A stretch of 62,873 bases of DNA, filler included, from Dugesia japonica (taxonomy: Eukaryota), in assembly GCA_001938525.1 (NCBI GenBank). It is 5 parts of 5 records of this genome, joined end to end, with 100 filler letters (N's around TTAATTAATTAA, not from the genome) between each part and the next. Parts side by side here need not be neighbours in the genome. Positions count along the whole stretch, not along the records: positions 32,505 to 42,321 come from MQRL01627966.1; positions 42,422 to 53,818 come from MQRL01241108.1; 3 more parts are not named here. One strand, given 5' to 3'. The position numbers were made by a program, and so were the translations under genes. Positions 38,461-52,282 of the stretch are shown in pieces (position 1 is the first letter of the stretch; each line of letters starts with the position of its first letter). Below the pieces are notes generated by a model that saw only the letters and a list, made by a program, of their open reading frames with translations, was not told the origin of the DNA and did no database searches.

Positions 38461-38941
38461 CGCTTCTTTCTATCAACTTATAACAAATATAAGACCCAAT
38501 TCTTTCATTCTAGCTAAAACATATATGAATTATTATGGCTATTGATAAGTGCTTAAATCTATACCTTTACAATGTTAATGATTTTATTCCATGTAATGTC
38601 TGCAAGTTTAAAATGTTGATTATTCAACTTCACGTGGAAGATATTTGGTTAGTTCAGAGTCTATACCATATGTTTTCAAAATGCATTCTATTGATTTATT
38701 ATTTAAAATAACTTTTAAAACTGTTACTTATTAAGCTGTGAAAAACGTTTGGTAAACCGAAAACGTGTATTGTTCAATAATAAAATTGCGTTGCCGTGCA
38801 TGGTTTTCTACAACATATATTTTACTCTCATTTCTTTTAAGTAATTTATTATTTAGTAAACATAAATGCTCGCTTACTGAACTTCAGCATAATTTAAATG
38901 TTTACGTAGCATTAATATTATTTTTCACAGACAATTTAATG

Positions 38942-39271
38942 CAGGAATTTCAAACCTATAGCCCGCGGGCTAAAAGTGGCTCACCAAGCATAGAAAAGTA
39001 GCTCTCAATCTCTCAAAGAACAAAAAGAATATCTATAAGCCCTAATGATTACAGTGTTAAACATGTGCAATCAAGTGCGTAAACTAAAATTACTAAGTAG
39101 GAATTTATCTATTCCTATTCCATAATGAAATTGTAAATTGTAAACCTGTAAAATATACTTTGTTTTTCGTCTATCTATTACATTTTAAAATTATTTTTAA
39201 CCTTTTAGCCCATCAAATTATCCAACTAAATGAAAGTGGCCCTAATCCAAAATAAAAGTTAGGAACACCTG
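38942..39271. mobile_element. 330-bp hAT (Buster/Charlie-type) MITE with 8-bp TSD
   Basis: Imperfect TIRs CAGGAATTTCAAACCT / AAGTTAGGAACACCTG; identical ATTTAATG at 38934-38941 and 39272-39279 (nnnTAnnn pattern). Confidence 0.9.
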
Positions 39272-40496
39272 ATTTAATGGAACTTTGTTCAAATATGTCA
39301 GCAAATTTAATAATAAAATAAGTTCAACAAGTTGATACAGATAAACAAAAAAAACTAAATATCAAAATTAGTCATATTAAATTGAAATTTATAGCAAATG
39401 TAACTAAGGGTTGGACCAAGATATAAGTACAGAGTTTTTTCAATTATGACTTTCGCGCGAGTTTAAAATTACAAATTAACTTTGCTTTTTGAACGCAGTA
39501 TACGTGATCTCACAAAGTTGTAAATAGTTTCTTCTGTAAATTGAATTATTTTATAATTAATAAAAAAATTAATGGATTCATATGACAAACTAAGAACGTG
39601 GTGTAATCCACGGCAATTAAAGTTGACAAAAATATTTTTGTTGTAGAGCGCGATTATGATGTCATTAAAAATATAAAAGGTTAAATTAACTTATCTACGT
39701 GCTTAAGCTAGCATTTTAAATTAAAATGTTAAAAATAAGGTAAAAAATAATACGTAGTCGTGAATTATTCAAAGGTTAATGATGGGTTTATGAACTCATA
39801 TGAAAACCATTAACAAGGTAAACATAATAAATAATATTAAAAATAATTTTACATATTGGATAATTATATGGCAAATGTCCCTATTTTTTACAGCAGTTCA
39901 TTATCAAGAGAAAAAAAAATAGCTAACAACGCATCACTTGAATCTTCTATGATGTTTTACCGGTATAAATGATACATACAATAATTTATAAAAATTATAA
40001 TAAATATAATTAATAATAATTTATTTATAATGAATTAATTTATTGAACTGACACACTTTTTACAATAGTTAAATTATGAAAAGAAAACCAAAACAAACTA
40101 ATAAATGTGGCCAGATAGTATCTTTATTAAAATATCTAAAATGTAGGGACATTCCAATGTAAATAACAAACTTTCAGATGTAAAATGAAGTTGAATTAAA
40201 TTGATTTTTTTCCTACATATGTTTTCAATTCATGAAATAATAAATAATACAATTTAAAAGGAGTGACATAGTTTACAGAATGTCTTTAAACTATTTCATT
40301 AGCATGAATGTATCTATTCTGCAAACTGATGTAATATTGTATTTTAGATTTTACTTTAGTCAAACAGTTTTCATTTGACGTAGACTTAAAATAATTTTTA
40401 TTTTTTTATTTCTAAATATGTGAATCATATTGCTGTCAAAAAATCGAAAACACTTTGTCCCAAAAATCTTACAAATGGCTTATATTTCTATAATAA

Positions 40497-40497
40497 C

Positions 40498-40557
<60 letters not shown>

Positions 40558-40647
40558 NNNNNNNNNNNNNNNNNNNNNNNNNNNNNNNNNNNNNNNNNNN
40601 NNNNNNNNNNNNNNNNNNNNNNNNNNNNNNNNNNNNNNNNNNNNNNN

Positions 40648-40710
<63 letters not shown>

Positions 40711-40716
40711 TAATAA
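40497..40716. repeat. (AAT)n microsatellite spanning a gap
   Basis: Directly visible; similar arrays occur at 53748-53990, 54146-54277 and 55865-56060. Confidence 0.95.
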
Positions 40717-40729
40717 TGGTAGCAGTAAA

Positions 40730-41890
40730 GAACAGCACACATTTGGTAACCCCCTCCAGATTAGTGTTGTAATGAAACTTAATCCTAATGCATTTAGTTG
40801 GGAATTTAAAAATTTTATCATAAATAGCATCATTAGGTAACTATTAAGTTACTGTTTTTAAATTTTCCAGTGTATTTAGTTGGGAATTTTTTCGGTGAGA
40901 TCGAATGAGATCAATTTTTGATTGGTTTAAGTGAAATTGATCAAAATTTTCCTCGGTTTTGGTCAGTTTGGGTAACTTGAGTAATTTTTAGGCAATATTG
41001 GTTCAATCAAATTTTTCCTCGGGAATGGTTAATTATTTGCTCACAAGGGTAATTTTTAGGTGAATTCGGTCGATTATTTTCTCGGGTTTGGTAAATTTGG
41101 GTCAGTTTTGGACAATTTGGTCAATTATTTACTCGGTTTAGATAATATTGGTCAATTATTTACTCACAAGGGATAGTTTTGGTTGAATTTGAGTGATCAT
41201 TTCCTCATATTTGTTCAGCTTGGGTTGAATTTTAAGGAAATTCATGATAAAAGTCGAATTTGTTTAAATTTTAAAGTTTTTAAAGAATTTTTATGGGAAT
41301 GTTTTAATGGGATCCGGGCAAACCGTTCACGTGGTTTAAAAAATATAACAATTTAAAATTTTTTTAATAACATTTTTATGGAAGGCTGGGTGAACAGTCT
41401 AAAGTTTTGAAAAAATATGTTCTATATCTCAGATTTCAAACATTTTTATACCAAACTGCTGAGAATTTTAAGGCAGTCATTTTACATAAATAAAGATTTT
41501 TCAAAAATATTTTCCTTCTCAAAGAGATTAAAAAGTGTCTATTCGATAGAAAGCTTTTTGCTGATTCCAAATATGTTAACCTAAAATTGCTTAAGTTAAT
41601 ACTCGATGAAATAAATGGAGTTATGTGATGAAAAAATCTCAAATTTTGAATTTTTTAACTCAATTTTCTCTACGTACATAATTCGTATGGTTTCCAATTT
41701 TGTATTATTTTACTCAGGAGGAAAAAGTGACTATGCAAAGTTTAAATATCGTCTCGGAAAAAATTCTTCCTTACAAATATGTACAGCCGTCCTCCCGGAG
41801 TTGGGAACGTTTTATCGAAAATATCAAAGGTAACTCAAAATTTATAACAAAACCATCTATTTGATATCTATTTCGCTGATCAAGAATAAA
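40730..41890 (-). repeat. Right arm of the long inverted repeat
   Basis: Reverse-complement similarity to about 37100-38460. Confidence 0.7.
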
Positions 41891-41899
41891 AATTGAATT

Positions 41900-42321
41900 A
41901 TTAAATAAACGATAAAGCTATATCCTTGCAGATTCAGGAGCCTCTGACCTTTCCAATATTGCAATGATTGAAGCTTCCATTTATAGTCTCAAATGCTAAT
42001 TACAGACTTAAAAACACAACATATGAAACATCAGATAATTCGTCAATTATTGTCATCAAAGTGGAAGTACAAACAATCATTCAGAAGGATGATACCAATG
42101 TACAATTATCCTATTATAGAAATTGATAACAATATAGAAGAACTCAAAAATAAACTTTTAGATACTTACAAATATAATAAGAATATAAATTCTAAAAGTA
42201 ATGAAAACAAAATTATCAAAGAAGTAAAGAATTTGAAATCAATCCTCATCACTCCAACAGAGAAAACAAATAAATTGGTAGCTTTACCTGAACAGACATA
42301 CAAGGATTTCTTCTCTGAACA
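41900..42321 (+). mobile_element. Penelope-like element ORF fragment (region just before RT)
   Basis: ILITPTEKTNKLVAL...TY resembles the PLE I..ADK(G/T)N..V.M...Y motif; truncated at the scaffold end. Confidence 0.5.
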
Positions 42322-42421
42322 NNNNNNNNNNNNNNNNNNNNNNNNNNNNNNNNNNNNNNNNNNNNTTAATTAATTAANNNNNNNNNNNNNNNNNNNNNNN
42401 NNNNNNNNNNNNNNNNNNNNN

Positions 42422-44790
42422 GTCTTATTTTCTTCTTTAGATTTAAGGCAAGCATATTATAAAATTGAACTAAGCGAAGAATCAAAACTAAAGACGGCTT
42501 TTAGTTCAAAGATGGGTCAATTTTGTTTCAATCGAATCAACTTCGGATTATGTACTGCACCAGCAACATTTCAAAGCTTGATGCACAAAAATTTGAAGGA
42601 ATGTTGTACAAAGAAGTATTAGTATATCTAGATGATATTTTAATATATGGTAAAACTAAAGAGGAAAACGACAAACGAATTGGTAAAGTTTTCCAGCTAC
42701 TAAAAGAAGCGGGTTTGAAAATAAATCCAAGTGAATGTGTGTTCAATTCCAAGAAGCTGAAATTTTTAGGACATACAATTAGCCCTGAAGGTGTAGAGAC
42801 AAATGATGAAACCATCAAGAAAATTTGAGAAGCCGTTACGCCAAAATGCGCCACGCAAATACGAGCGTTCTTAGAATTAACAAATTATTACAGACGTTTT
42901 TTAAAAGATTATGCTTTACTTGCAGCACCATGGTATGCAGCAACGACAGAACCAGAAAAGAACATTGAATGGACCAAAGAATGTGGTGATGGTTTTCAAT
43001 CTTTGAAGATAAAATTGTGTAGTGCTCCAATTTTGACTTTCCCAAATAATAGAAGCAAAATGATATTGGATACTGATACTAGTTTTGGAGCTTTTGGACT
43101 GGCTTTGAGTCAAATAACGGATAATGGATTGGAAGAGGTTACAGCATATGGTTCTTAAACTTTAAACAATCATGAAAAATGATATTGCGTTACTCGCAAG
43201 GAATTGTTAGCTCTACAGGAGTTTATGATGTATTTTAAACACTATTTGCATGGCAAGAAATTTAGAGCAAGAACGGATCACAAAGCATTGACTTTTATGA
43301 CAAAGACTAGTAAGTCCATTAGTTCTCAGTTTCAAACATGGATAACAAATCTAGAAGAATTTAATTTTGAACTAGAATTCCGAAAAGGAGCAGCTCATGA
43401 AAATGCTGATGGACTTTCAGGATAGGAGCGAGTCTTTGTTTGCAATGTCAGACTATACATCAAGATGCTAAAGGGGAATGATCTCAAGTTAAAAGAATCA
43501 AAACGTTAGACAAAGCAAACTTTGATAGAAGCCATATTAAAGAAGTACAGAGAAATGATCCAATAACCGGAGAAATCATTGAATATATTGAAAGTGGAAT
43601 GATAAATAATAAGCTCAACACAATGGAAAAGTTTGAGTTGGATGATGAGATCCTGGTTATCAATGTAGGAGGCAAGAAAAGAATTGTACTGGCAGAAAAA
43701 TTGATATCTGACCTTATAGATTTCATACACGATGAGTTATGTCATGTGGGAGGCCAAAAACTGACGGAGTATTTGAGTGTAAGTTATTTTTGGCCAAATA
43801 TGCAAAGAAATGTAGAACATCAACTAAAAAAATGTAAGATATATAACATGCAAAAACATACACTGGACGAACAAAGGAATTTCTTATTCCAAGAACAGAA
43901 TTTGGACCACTAGAACAGGTTATCATGGATATCGGTGACTTTCCAGAAGTGAAAACCAAAAATAAATATGTTCTCGCCATGGTTGATAGGTATAGTAAGT
44001 TAGTGTCATTCGTAGCTCTAAGTAAACAGGATGAAACTTCGGTAGATGAAGCAATAAAGGAAAACTGGATATATCGTTTTGGTAACCCAAAATCATTTTT
44101 AACCGACAGAGCAAAAATATTTAAAGGAAAGTTAATGCGGTCACTTGCAGAGAAGTTTGAGATTCAACAATAATTTTCGTCCCCATATCAACATCAATCA
44201 ACTGGTTTAGCAGAAAGAAATATTAGAACACTTCGAGATATGATGATAACAACGATAAAGAACGGCTTCACGGAATCAGGTTGTGACAAATTACTTCCAC
44301 GAATTCAGTTTGTAATAAATGCAACACAACAAAAATCTACTGGTCTATCTCCTTTTGAAATTATCTTTGGAAGAAGAATAGTCTTACACGGATTATCACA
44401 AGAAGAAAATCCGAAACACGAAAAAATAAAAACACTGGCAGATTAAAATTTACAGAAAGCAGCTCAAAACTTAAGCAAATACGAATGTGAAAAACGAATG
44501 TCCAGACATTTTGAAAAAGGGGAAAAAGTATTAGTGAAAATAGAATCAAACAAGTTAAAGAAAGAAGATTTCAGGTATGAGGGTCCTTAGAAAATTAGAA
44601 AATTTATAAGCCCACATCTGGTGCTTATAGATTATGCAGGACAGCTTAAACCGAGAAGACTTAAATGGCTAAAGAAAATTGAAAATCAAAAATAAAGAAA
44701 GAGAGAGCAGTTATATATCATTTATAAAATGATATTAAGATTTAAATTTGTTAATATTAAATGATATTATTTGTTTAAATAATTCATTNN
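42422..44790 (+). mobile_element. Degenerate Ty3/Gypsy pol (RT core, RNase H, integrase) plus PPT and LTR start
   Basis: VYLDDIL, ILDTD, RTDHKAL, HENADGLS, H...H/YFWP, VDRYSK, TDRAK, YEGP; AAAGAAAGAGAGAG near 44694. Confidence 0.92.
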
Positions 44791-45242
44791 NNNNNNNNNN
44801 NNNNNGTTTTAATAAATACTTATGGAAAGTTCAAGTCTTTTAACTCCTACTAATAAAATATATTTGAAATTTATGACTATATTGAAATTTAAAACCGATA
44901 AAAAATCAAAACACTTTCTGTTTCAAAAACTTTTTTCAAATTCAATAAATTTATATTTATTAAAATTTTAAAACCTATAATAAAAATTCCAAATTTTCAA
45001 TTTTTTTTTGAAATTTTTTTTAAAACATACAAACCTATAAAATAAAATAACCTACAAAATTTTTTTTAAAAATATCCAAATTTTAATATAAATTAAAATT
45101 TTTTATTAATGCTTTGAATATGAAATCTAATTATTAACGCTTTAAAAAATTGGGAATTTTTATTATAGCAATCTAATATTCAGTATAATTGCTAAAATTT
45201 TTGTTTTAATAATACAAACTGAATAATCTCATATTTTTCTTT

Positions 45243-45286
45243 TTGTCTGATGATGACGAATTTTGATCCGTCGAAATATATCACGA
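45243..45286 (+). ncRNA. Minimal type I hammerhead ribozyme motif
   Basis: TTGT-CTGATGA-T-GACG-loop-CGTC-GAAA-TATA-TC-ACGA: full catalytic core, 4-bp stem II, palindromic mini stem III, AUC cleavage triplet and stem I TTGT/ACGA. Confidence 0.7.
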
Positions 45287-45939
45287 TAAATTTTTATTTT
45301 AAAGGGCGTTATTAATAATTTAAAAGATTAATTAATTTAGTTGAAACAATATAAATTATTGGTCCCATAAATAATAAGTCTATGTAATGAAAATAGATAC
45401 TAAACAACAAAACGGTAGTTTGTAAATATATAATTTTATCTGATGATTTACCAAATTTATATATTAAATTTTCATAATTAAAATGTGTTTAGAATTCAAA
45501 TAAAATTTAATAACGAATAAACTATACTATTCTTATATTGAAGATGTTTCTGGGTCTTTGGTTACATGCTAAATTCCTTATTTTTATTAAATAGTATATA
45601 CCTGCTACCATTACCGTTGTTAACATACTGTTGGATTTCCATGAGTTTTTAATCCTATTTCCAAATACTTAGCACAATATGTTACGTAATCAGCAAACTC
45701 AGAGTTTAATATATTTACATATACAATCGATTATTTCCTTTAACGTCACATATACATAGTTACGACGCAAATTATGATTGTATCATAATTATGCAACAAC
45801 TACATAATCACTTGAAAATAACGTAACACATGATCCTACATCATGATTGCGTCACATATTACATTAACACTAGGAAAATTTCATTTTTCATGTAATTCGG
45901 TGGACAAGTCCATTTTTGTTAATATGTTTATATATCCAG

Positions 45940-46650
45940 ACTCAATTGTCGTCATTGTTCGTCAAATAAATGTTTTGACCTATACAACTTTATAATTGGT
46001 AATTTATTGTACCTATTCTAAAGTGGTTCACTGAAACTGATTGAATATTATTATAACAATCAATATAAGACTGATGTGTTAAGTGAATATCTTTCAATGT
46101 TACTCACTTAGTCTTCATACTATTGGTTTCGCTAAGGAGACTGTAAAATTTCAGTCTTAGAAAAACCCATTCCTTATATTTCTTTGTCTTACTATAATTT
46201 TTAAATTTTCCTACTACTGAGTTCAAAGTGTTATTGTAAAGCAGTTAATCTCCACTATAGTTGAAAGTGTCTAATAACTTATCTTTCACTATCAGTCCTA
46301 ATAGATTTTCTAACCTTTAACTTATACTCTTTAACTTCCAAGAAAAAGCTATCAAAATCTCCAGCAACTATATTAATCTGACAATTTTCTTATTTCTTAT
46401 ACTTTTTCAAGCTCGTTGTATTGGAGCTGATACATTATCAGTTTAGAAAGGTCTTACATCGTTCATTGTAACTAGGTTGATCAAAACAAACTATCTCGAT
46501 GTTCAGTAGCACAGTAATTAAGTTATTGTCAATTTTGATGGTTTTTCTTAATCCGGATTTATAGGTATAATTCACCAAACGTTTGGCTGAATAAATGTAG
46601 CGTAAAAGTAAATAATCAATTACGTAATAGAAAACATGAAACATTGTATG
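45940..46650 (-). mobile_element. Polinton/Maverick-type DNA polymerase B relic
   Basis: Minus-strand fragments FDQPSY, MYQLQYN, AGDFDSFF (YxDTDS-like), VVGKFKN..EWVFLRLKFYS, LTHQSYIDC..NHFRI..NDD; homologous to the 20011-20195 relic. Confidence 0.65.
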
Positions 46651-47098
46651 TCAGTCGATTACTTATTAAAACTGGGTAATATATTTAAATACTGTATGTG
46701 GAGTGATGAGACTGTTCCAGTGCGAATATATCTACCTACTTATGTTCTCGCGTGGATGATCCAACCTTTGAATGAACTAAAATTGTCCTTGATTGTTCTT
46801 TCAAATAATTTACATTGCACACAGCGGGCAAATTGAAGAATACACTGTTTTGAAATGACTAAAATATTCTTTTATTGGATTTAGTTGAAGAGAGTAATGA
46901 GAGAGAAATCAATTGGAAATTTGTAATTCATTCGACAATTCAATCACAATTATTTATGATGATAATATCATGATAATGCTTCAAAAATTGAGTTTTAAGA
47001 TTCGAATTAATAAACGAGATAAAACTATTCTTGTTGTATATCTTTAACAATATAGTAAATAATACCACTTATTTTTAATGGCGAGCAGATAATTGTTA

Positions 47099-47700
47099 TT
47101 AACCCCTTAGTTGGTCGGTTTTGTTACAAATCATTTTGTATTTTTTAAAAAATATTCATAATATTTTATGCTGTCATTTTAGTCCGAAAAATCCAAATTA
47201 TTTTCAGAAATTCTTCATTATCAATATTATTGCCAAAAATTGATCGTTGTTATGTTGCTCCTTTCTCGTGAAACGAGTGACAACCATTTTCTTGTCGAAT
47301 TCACGGCCTCGATAAAACGAGAAACGATATAAATTGAACTACGAATCCCCTTATTTTCTAGTTTGAATAGTATTGAACGTATTGTATAAGTGTATTCCTC
47401 ATCAATTAAAATTCCATTATATACGATTTTGGAGCGTTACGAATCGCTTGTGACCGGCCTTTCTGTCCCCAAAGATTAGTTCATCACTGAGACCTCATAA
47501 AATTTTAACTCTTATGGATCTTGTCGGGCTAATTGAAAATTCATTCTCGGTTTGCTATTTCTCGCTATTTCTTTTCATGTGTCAACATTTTCGAGATAGT
47601 TTTAATTATCTCTTTTGTAATACTAGTTCACAGCCGTCTGGTTTCTTTATTTCCATTCATGGTCAAAAATCGTTCTCTTTAATACCAACAATATGCAATT
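47099..47700 (-). mobile_element. Possible piggyBac relic
   Basis: TTAA-CCC terminus at 47099 and faint DE...K...GI similarity on the minus strand. Confidence 0.3.
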
Positions 47701-48327
47701 TTCTAACAAACGCTTTATATTATTGAAACAAATGTTTTATATTTCTTTACCCTAATAAAAAAATAATAAAATAAAAACAAGAAATTAATATAATTTAATG
47801 AATAAATATAAATAATTTAAATTATTTTTTCTTTTAAATATATTATTTAAATATATAATTTAAGGAATAAATATAAATAATTTAAATTATTTTTTCTTTT
47901 AAATATATTTTGATTGAAAATATTTTTTTCGTGACCAGACAATTTGGCACAAAAAATATTTTTAAAAAATAATAAATTAAAAAAAATATTAACAAAATTC
48001 TAAACTGAAGAATTTAAAATTTTAAACATAATTAAGATTTTAATGTTCTCAAATAATCAAACAAAACAATTCAATCAATTTTAAACTATTGCAAATTAGC
48101 CACGCGACGCAAATATCGTAAATTATTATTTTTCTCGTGGTATCTTTGAACAATTAAAAATACCTGAACATTTATTTAATAAATTTTAACACTTAAATAT
48201 TTACAAGAAAAATATTTTTATGACAAATTATTATACACTGTTATATTTTAAAATTATAATTTATAATTTAAAATTTATATAATTTATATATTCAAAAAGT
48301 TAAAGAATAATGGCAATCTTTTCATAA

Positions 48328-48840
48328 ATAACTTAACACGCCATTTGATTAAATATTTATTTATCGCAACAAGTTTCGACTGTATATCCGTCATCTTCAA
48401 GCAAACTGTTTAAATATACTTAAGTTCCACATTAGGCAATCGATTATGTAATAATATCAATAAAATTCCAATTAATTAAAGACATTCAATAAAGATTTAT
48501 TGACACCAGTTTAACATTAATTTTTAAATCGATTAATCTAATCATCAGTGCTGCTTCGCACATGATTCTTTCCTAATAATCTTTAAAATTTCTGCACAGA
48601 ATTAATATTTATAACTGATTTACATTGAATATTGTGTTCTGCAATATTACTGCTACTACCTAACCGGCTATGTTCTTGAATCCTTTTACAGAGATGACGC
48701 GAAGTCTCTCCAATGTATGGATATACTTAAGTATATATACTCTATTCTTAGTTTTAAACAGTTTGCCTGAAGATGACTGATATACTGTCTAAACTTATTG
48801 TAATAAATAAATATTTAATCAAATGGCGTGTTAAGTTATC
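48328..48840 (-). mobile_element. Penelope-like 3' fragment: GIY-YIG endonuclease with pseudo-LTR and an inverted pseudo-LTR copy, each with a decayed hammerhead motif
   Basis: YIGETSRHLCKRIQEH..IAEH on the minus strand (~48500-48720); ~90-bp inverted repeats at 48328-48415 and 48752-48839 contain (C/T)TGAAGA-T-GAC..GTC-(G/T)AAA. Confidence 0.85.
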
Positions 48841-51143
48841 TAATTTATACATTGTTAAATAATTTTTAAAAAATTTTATATTCCAGCACATGCTACAAAA
48901 TAATTTTGGAAAAACACTTAAAATTTCCTTGTTCATAATTTTTTTAATATTATTTAACCATATATAAATTAAATAACTTAATTTTTTTTAATAATTTATT
49001 TTAGTTGCAGTAAAAAATAATAAATGATAAGTAATAATCAAATATAAGTGAAAATAATTAAAATATAATAAATAAAATTAATTTGATTGAAAATATTTAT
49101 TATTAAATAATTTTTTAGTTGTAATATAAAATAAGTATAAATCATAATAAAAAAAATAAGTAAAAATGTAAAAGTAACATTGAGAGGATTTCCAGACTTA
49201 AATTATGAAGAAAATCACAGTTTTCATAAATACATCAAACTGACGGTTTAGGAGCCACTTAATTGATCCCGGTTTCAAAATTAATAATAAAACATTAATA
49301 AATGACAAATAAAAACGGTGTTTAATACTTGCTTTGAAATTTTGGCGTCTTGTTTCTCTAAATAGTATTGATAAGAAGCAAATGTATTACAACCGATACC
49401 CAAATAAATAATCACAATAATTGGTGAACATTAATCGCTCAGACATGGCATAAAATGAATATTAATTCTACTTTATACTTTTATTAGGCCATGTTTACAA
49501 GTTCGAAGCGCAATAAGTCTGAGGTTTTTTGGAAAATTTATCTCAAATATTTTTAACAAATTCAATGAAAAATTTTTTTTTACAGTTATAAATTATTCAA
49601 AAAAAATATTCCTATTTTAATTTAACAAGAAATAAATAATAAAAATTATTTGTTTTAATAATTCAAATTTATATAAAGTAAAAATTAAAAAAAAAACAAA
49701 CTTTGCCACATGAAATTCAGAAATGCAAATTTCAGGCACCAATGAAAAGTAATTAGAGTATTAAAAATAGTATGACGTTATGACAGATTTTTTTTGGTTG
49801 TATTGCGTCACAATTTCTAATTGTTGGAGAAAACCAACCCTAAATACACCATAAATACACACGCATCCATACACCAACGAGATACATAACAAAATATACA
49901 ATATATGAGCACGTACAAAATACAATACATCAATAATCAAATCGAATCAATCAAATCGAATCCATCAAATGATTCCAGACAAGTTAACAAAGAATCTCAA
50001 CAAATCGAACAAATCAAAGATCAATACCCAAGAAGTTCAATCATTCAACAATCCAATATGACTATTCTGACTATTATTATATTTCACTGAATATTATTTA
50101 TTTCTGAACATTGAATTTTAACATTTTAAATTGATGAGACAATTCATTTGATGTTTGATTCTTGCTCTTATTTTTATTTTTAATATTAATCAATTATTTT
50201 AAATGTAAAAATCTTTCCTTTATTTTATTTTTCAAATGTAAAGTTTTTTTATTGTAATGAGAAATTAATTATGTATTCTGTATGTAAATAAATTACATTT
50301 CGATGAAACTAATTGCTGGATTTTATGAATTATACATGGTTTTATTTTTGTTTTTATGTAGAAATATATAATTTTAAATTGCTGGATCTGATACTTTCAT
50401 AAATTATATACGGTTTTATTTTAAATTCATGTAAATATTTGTAATTTTAATCATGTAAAGGATACACACACATCTGACAAATTTGTTATAAATAGGATTG
50501 TGAATTCTGATATTTTCACTATTAAAAAAAAGCTGTTCAACAGTTTGGATCTTCTCTAGATTCACAACTGAGCTAAATTATCAACGTGTAAAATTATTAA
50601 ACGTTTATTTTTGATTTGCTAAAGTGTATCGTAGTTTTAAAATAATTTACGTTTATTTTAAACGTTAATCTTAAAATTTATTATATAAGGACTACTATAT
50701 AGTATATTTATAAATACTATTATATCTATTTTAGATATATTAAGGCATATAAGGAAAATTTATAACTCTAATATATTGGGATTATTGAATCAGCTAAATT
50801 CAGTTATTAAACTCACGCATTGTTGATGTACTTTGGTAATAATCCATCAAAGTATCTCAACATAATAATATTAAAAATTTTTTTGTACTAAAATATGAGT
50901 ATTTTTAAAAACTGGATTAGATAAAAATGTATGATTAAAGTAAAATAAAAACAAGAGTATTTTTAATGTTTATTTAAAAAAGCAAAAAAAATAAAGTTTA
51001 ATTAACTGTTAGGAAATCATCCAAAGACAATTTATGTTTAAAAGAAGTCGAAAAATTAATTTCCAAAGATTTATTAATACTAAAAAATTGAATTATTACT
51101 TTATTTCTAAATGATTATTATTCAAATCAAGCATAGTCACAGG

Positions 51144-51990
51144 CAGTGGCGGCTCGTGGATGATTTTTATGGGAGGACAGGAAAAATTTATAATAAAAAA
51201 TCACTACGAGTTGAAAAATCCGTATTTAAAAGATTTTCAATTGAATTTAATCTTCCCTATACAAGGTTTTTCTAAATGTTTCATCAAGTTGTTCAAAATG
51301 TTTCATCATCAAGTCAAAATATTTAATCATTGATAATTTATAATTAGTTAAATGAGTTATATTATATCTCAAAAATCAACATGGGTATAACTGACAACGA
51401 TCAAAACCGCATTGAAAATATTGTAATCTCTCCAGAAAGTATATCTACTAAAACAATACCAGAATATCTCGTAGAAAAATTGAAATATAATGGCGATAAT
51501 ATTGGCCAATATCAAGTTAGTTGTCTAAGGTGTTTTGTTAGGTTTAGTACAGTTTTATTGCAATCAGGTCAAATCTTTGATAATGTCGTGATATTTTTTT
51601 TGGAGAAAATTTGTTATGATAATCATAGATGGTTACTTTGTGTTTATCTTAAGATGGTAAACCTTTTGTTGGGACAGCAGTCTGAGCAGACGGGATGGTT
51701 GGAACAAAGCTCAATCTTACAAGAAACACGACTGATATATACAAAAAGTATAAGTACCTTGTTAAGCAAAGAACCACATATACAACCCTCTGATGAACAG
51801 AGAAAAAATTTTACCTTCGAATAATTATTCGAGTTATTTTGTTAATAATAGAATGATATGCATGCTAGAATTATTTAAGGCTTCTAATCCCATCGAAGTT
51901 GAATTGAAAGCTATCGAATATAAACCGCTTTTAAATTTATACCTAAATTCATCAATAATTTTACGAAATATAATAAATCTTTTTTAATAA
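51144..51990 (+). mobile_element. Rearranged hAT-like relic
   Basis: CAGTGGCGGCTCGTG terminus typical of hAT TIRs; fragments resembling the GQ.YDG region and a TTF-type finger. Confidence 0.4.
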
Positions 51991-52282
51991 CTTCGTTTTT
52001 AAATTTTCTCTTTAAAACACAAAGGTTTGATTTAACATTATTGTAAAAATAATTAGGGAACGAAAAACATGTTCATATTCAACGAGACTAGCTGGAATCG
52101 TTATAGAGAGTTTTCCAAAATTGTTCGTAATAATTATAGTTGTATACATTAAAACAAAATTTATAGAAATTTTAATAAGATTTAATTTAATGATAAAAGT
52201 ATTAATTTGTTCTTTATATGAACTTTTTCCTGTAATATTAAAAGCCAATATTTTAAAATTTTTTTATTTTTTTAACTTTACA

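Noticed and set aside
40420-40840. Poly-Asn/Ile/Tyr/Leu ORFs (also near 54.1 and 55.8 kb)
   Set aside because: Translations of (AAT)n microsatellites and N gaps.
49799-50466. Possible solo LTR (TGTAT...ATACA)
   Set aside because: No target-site duplication and no partner in the window.
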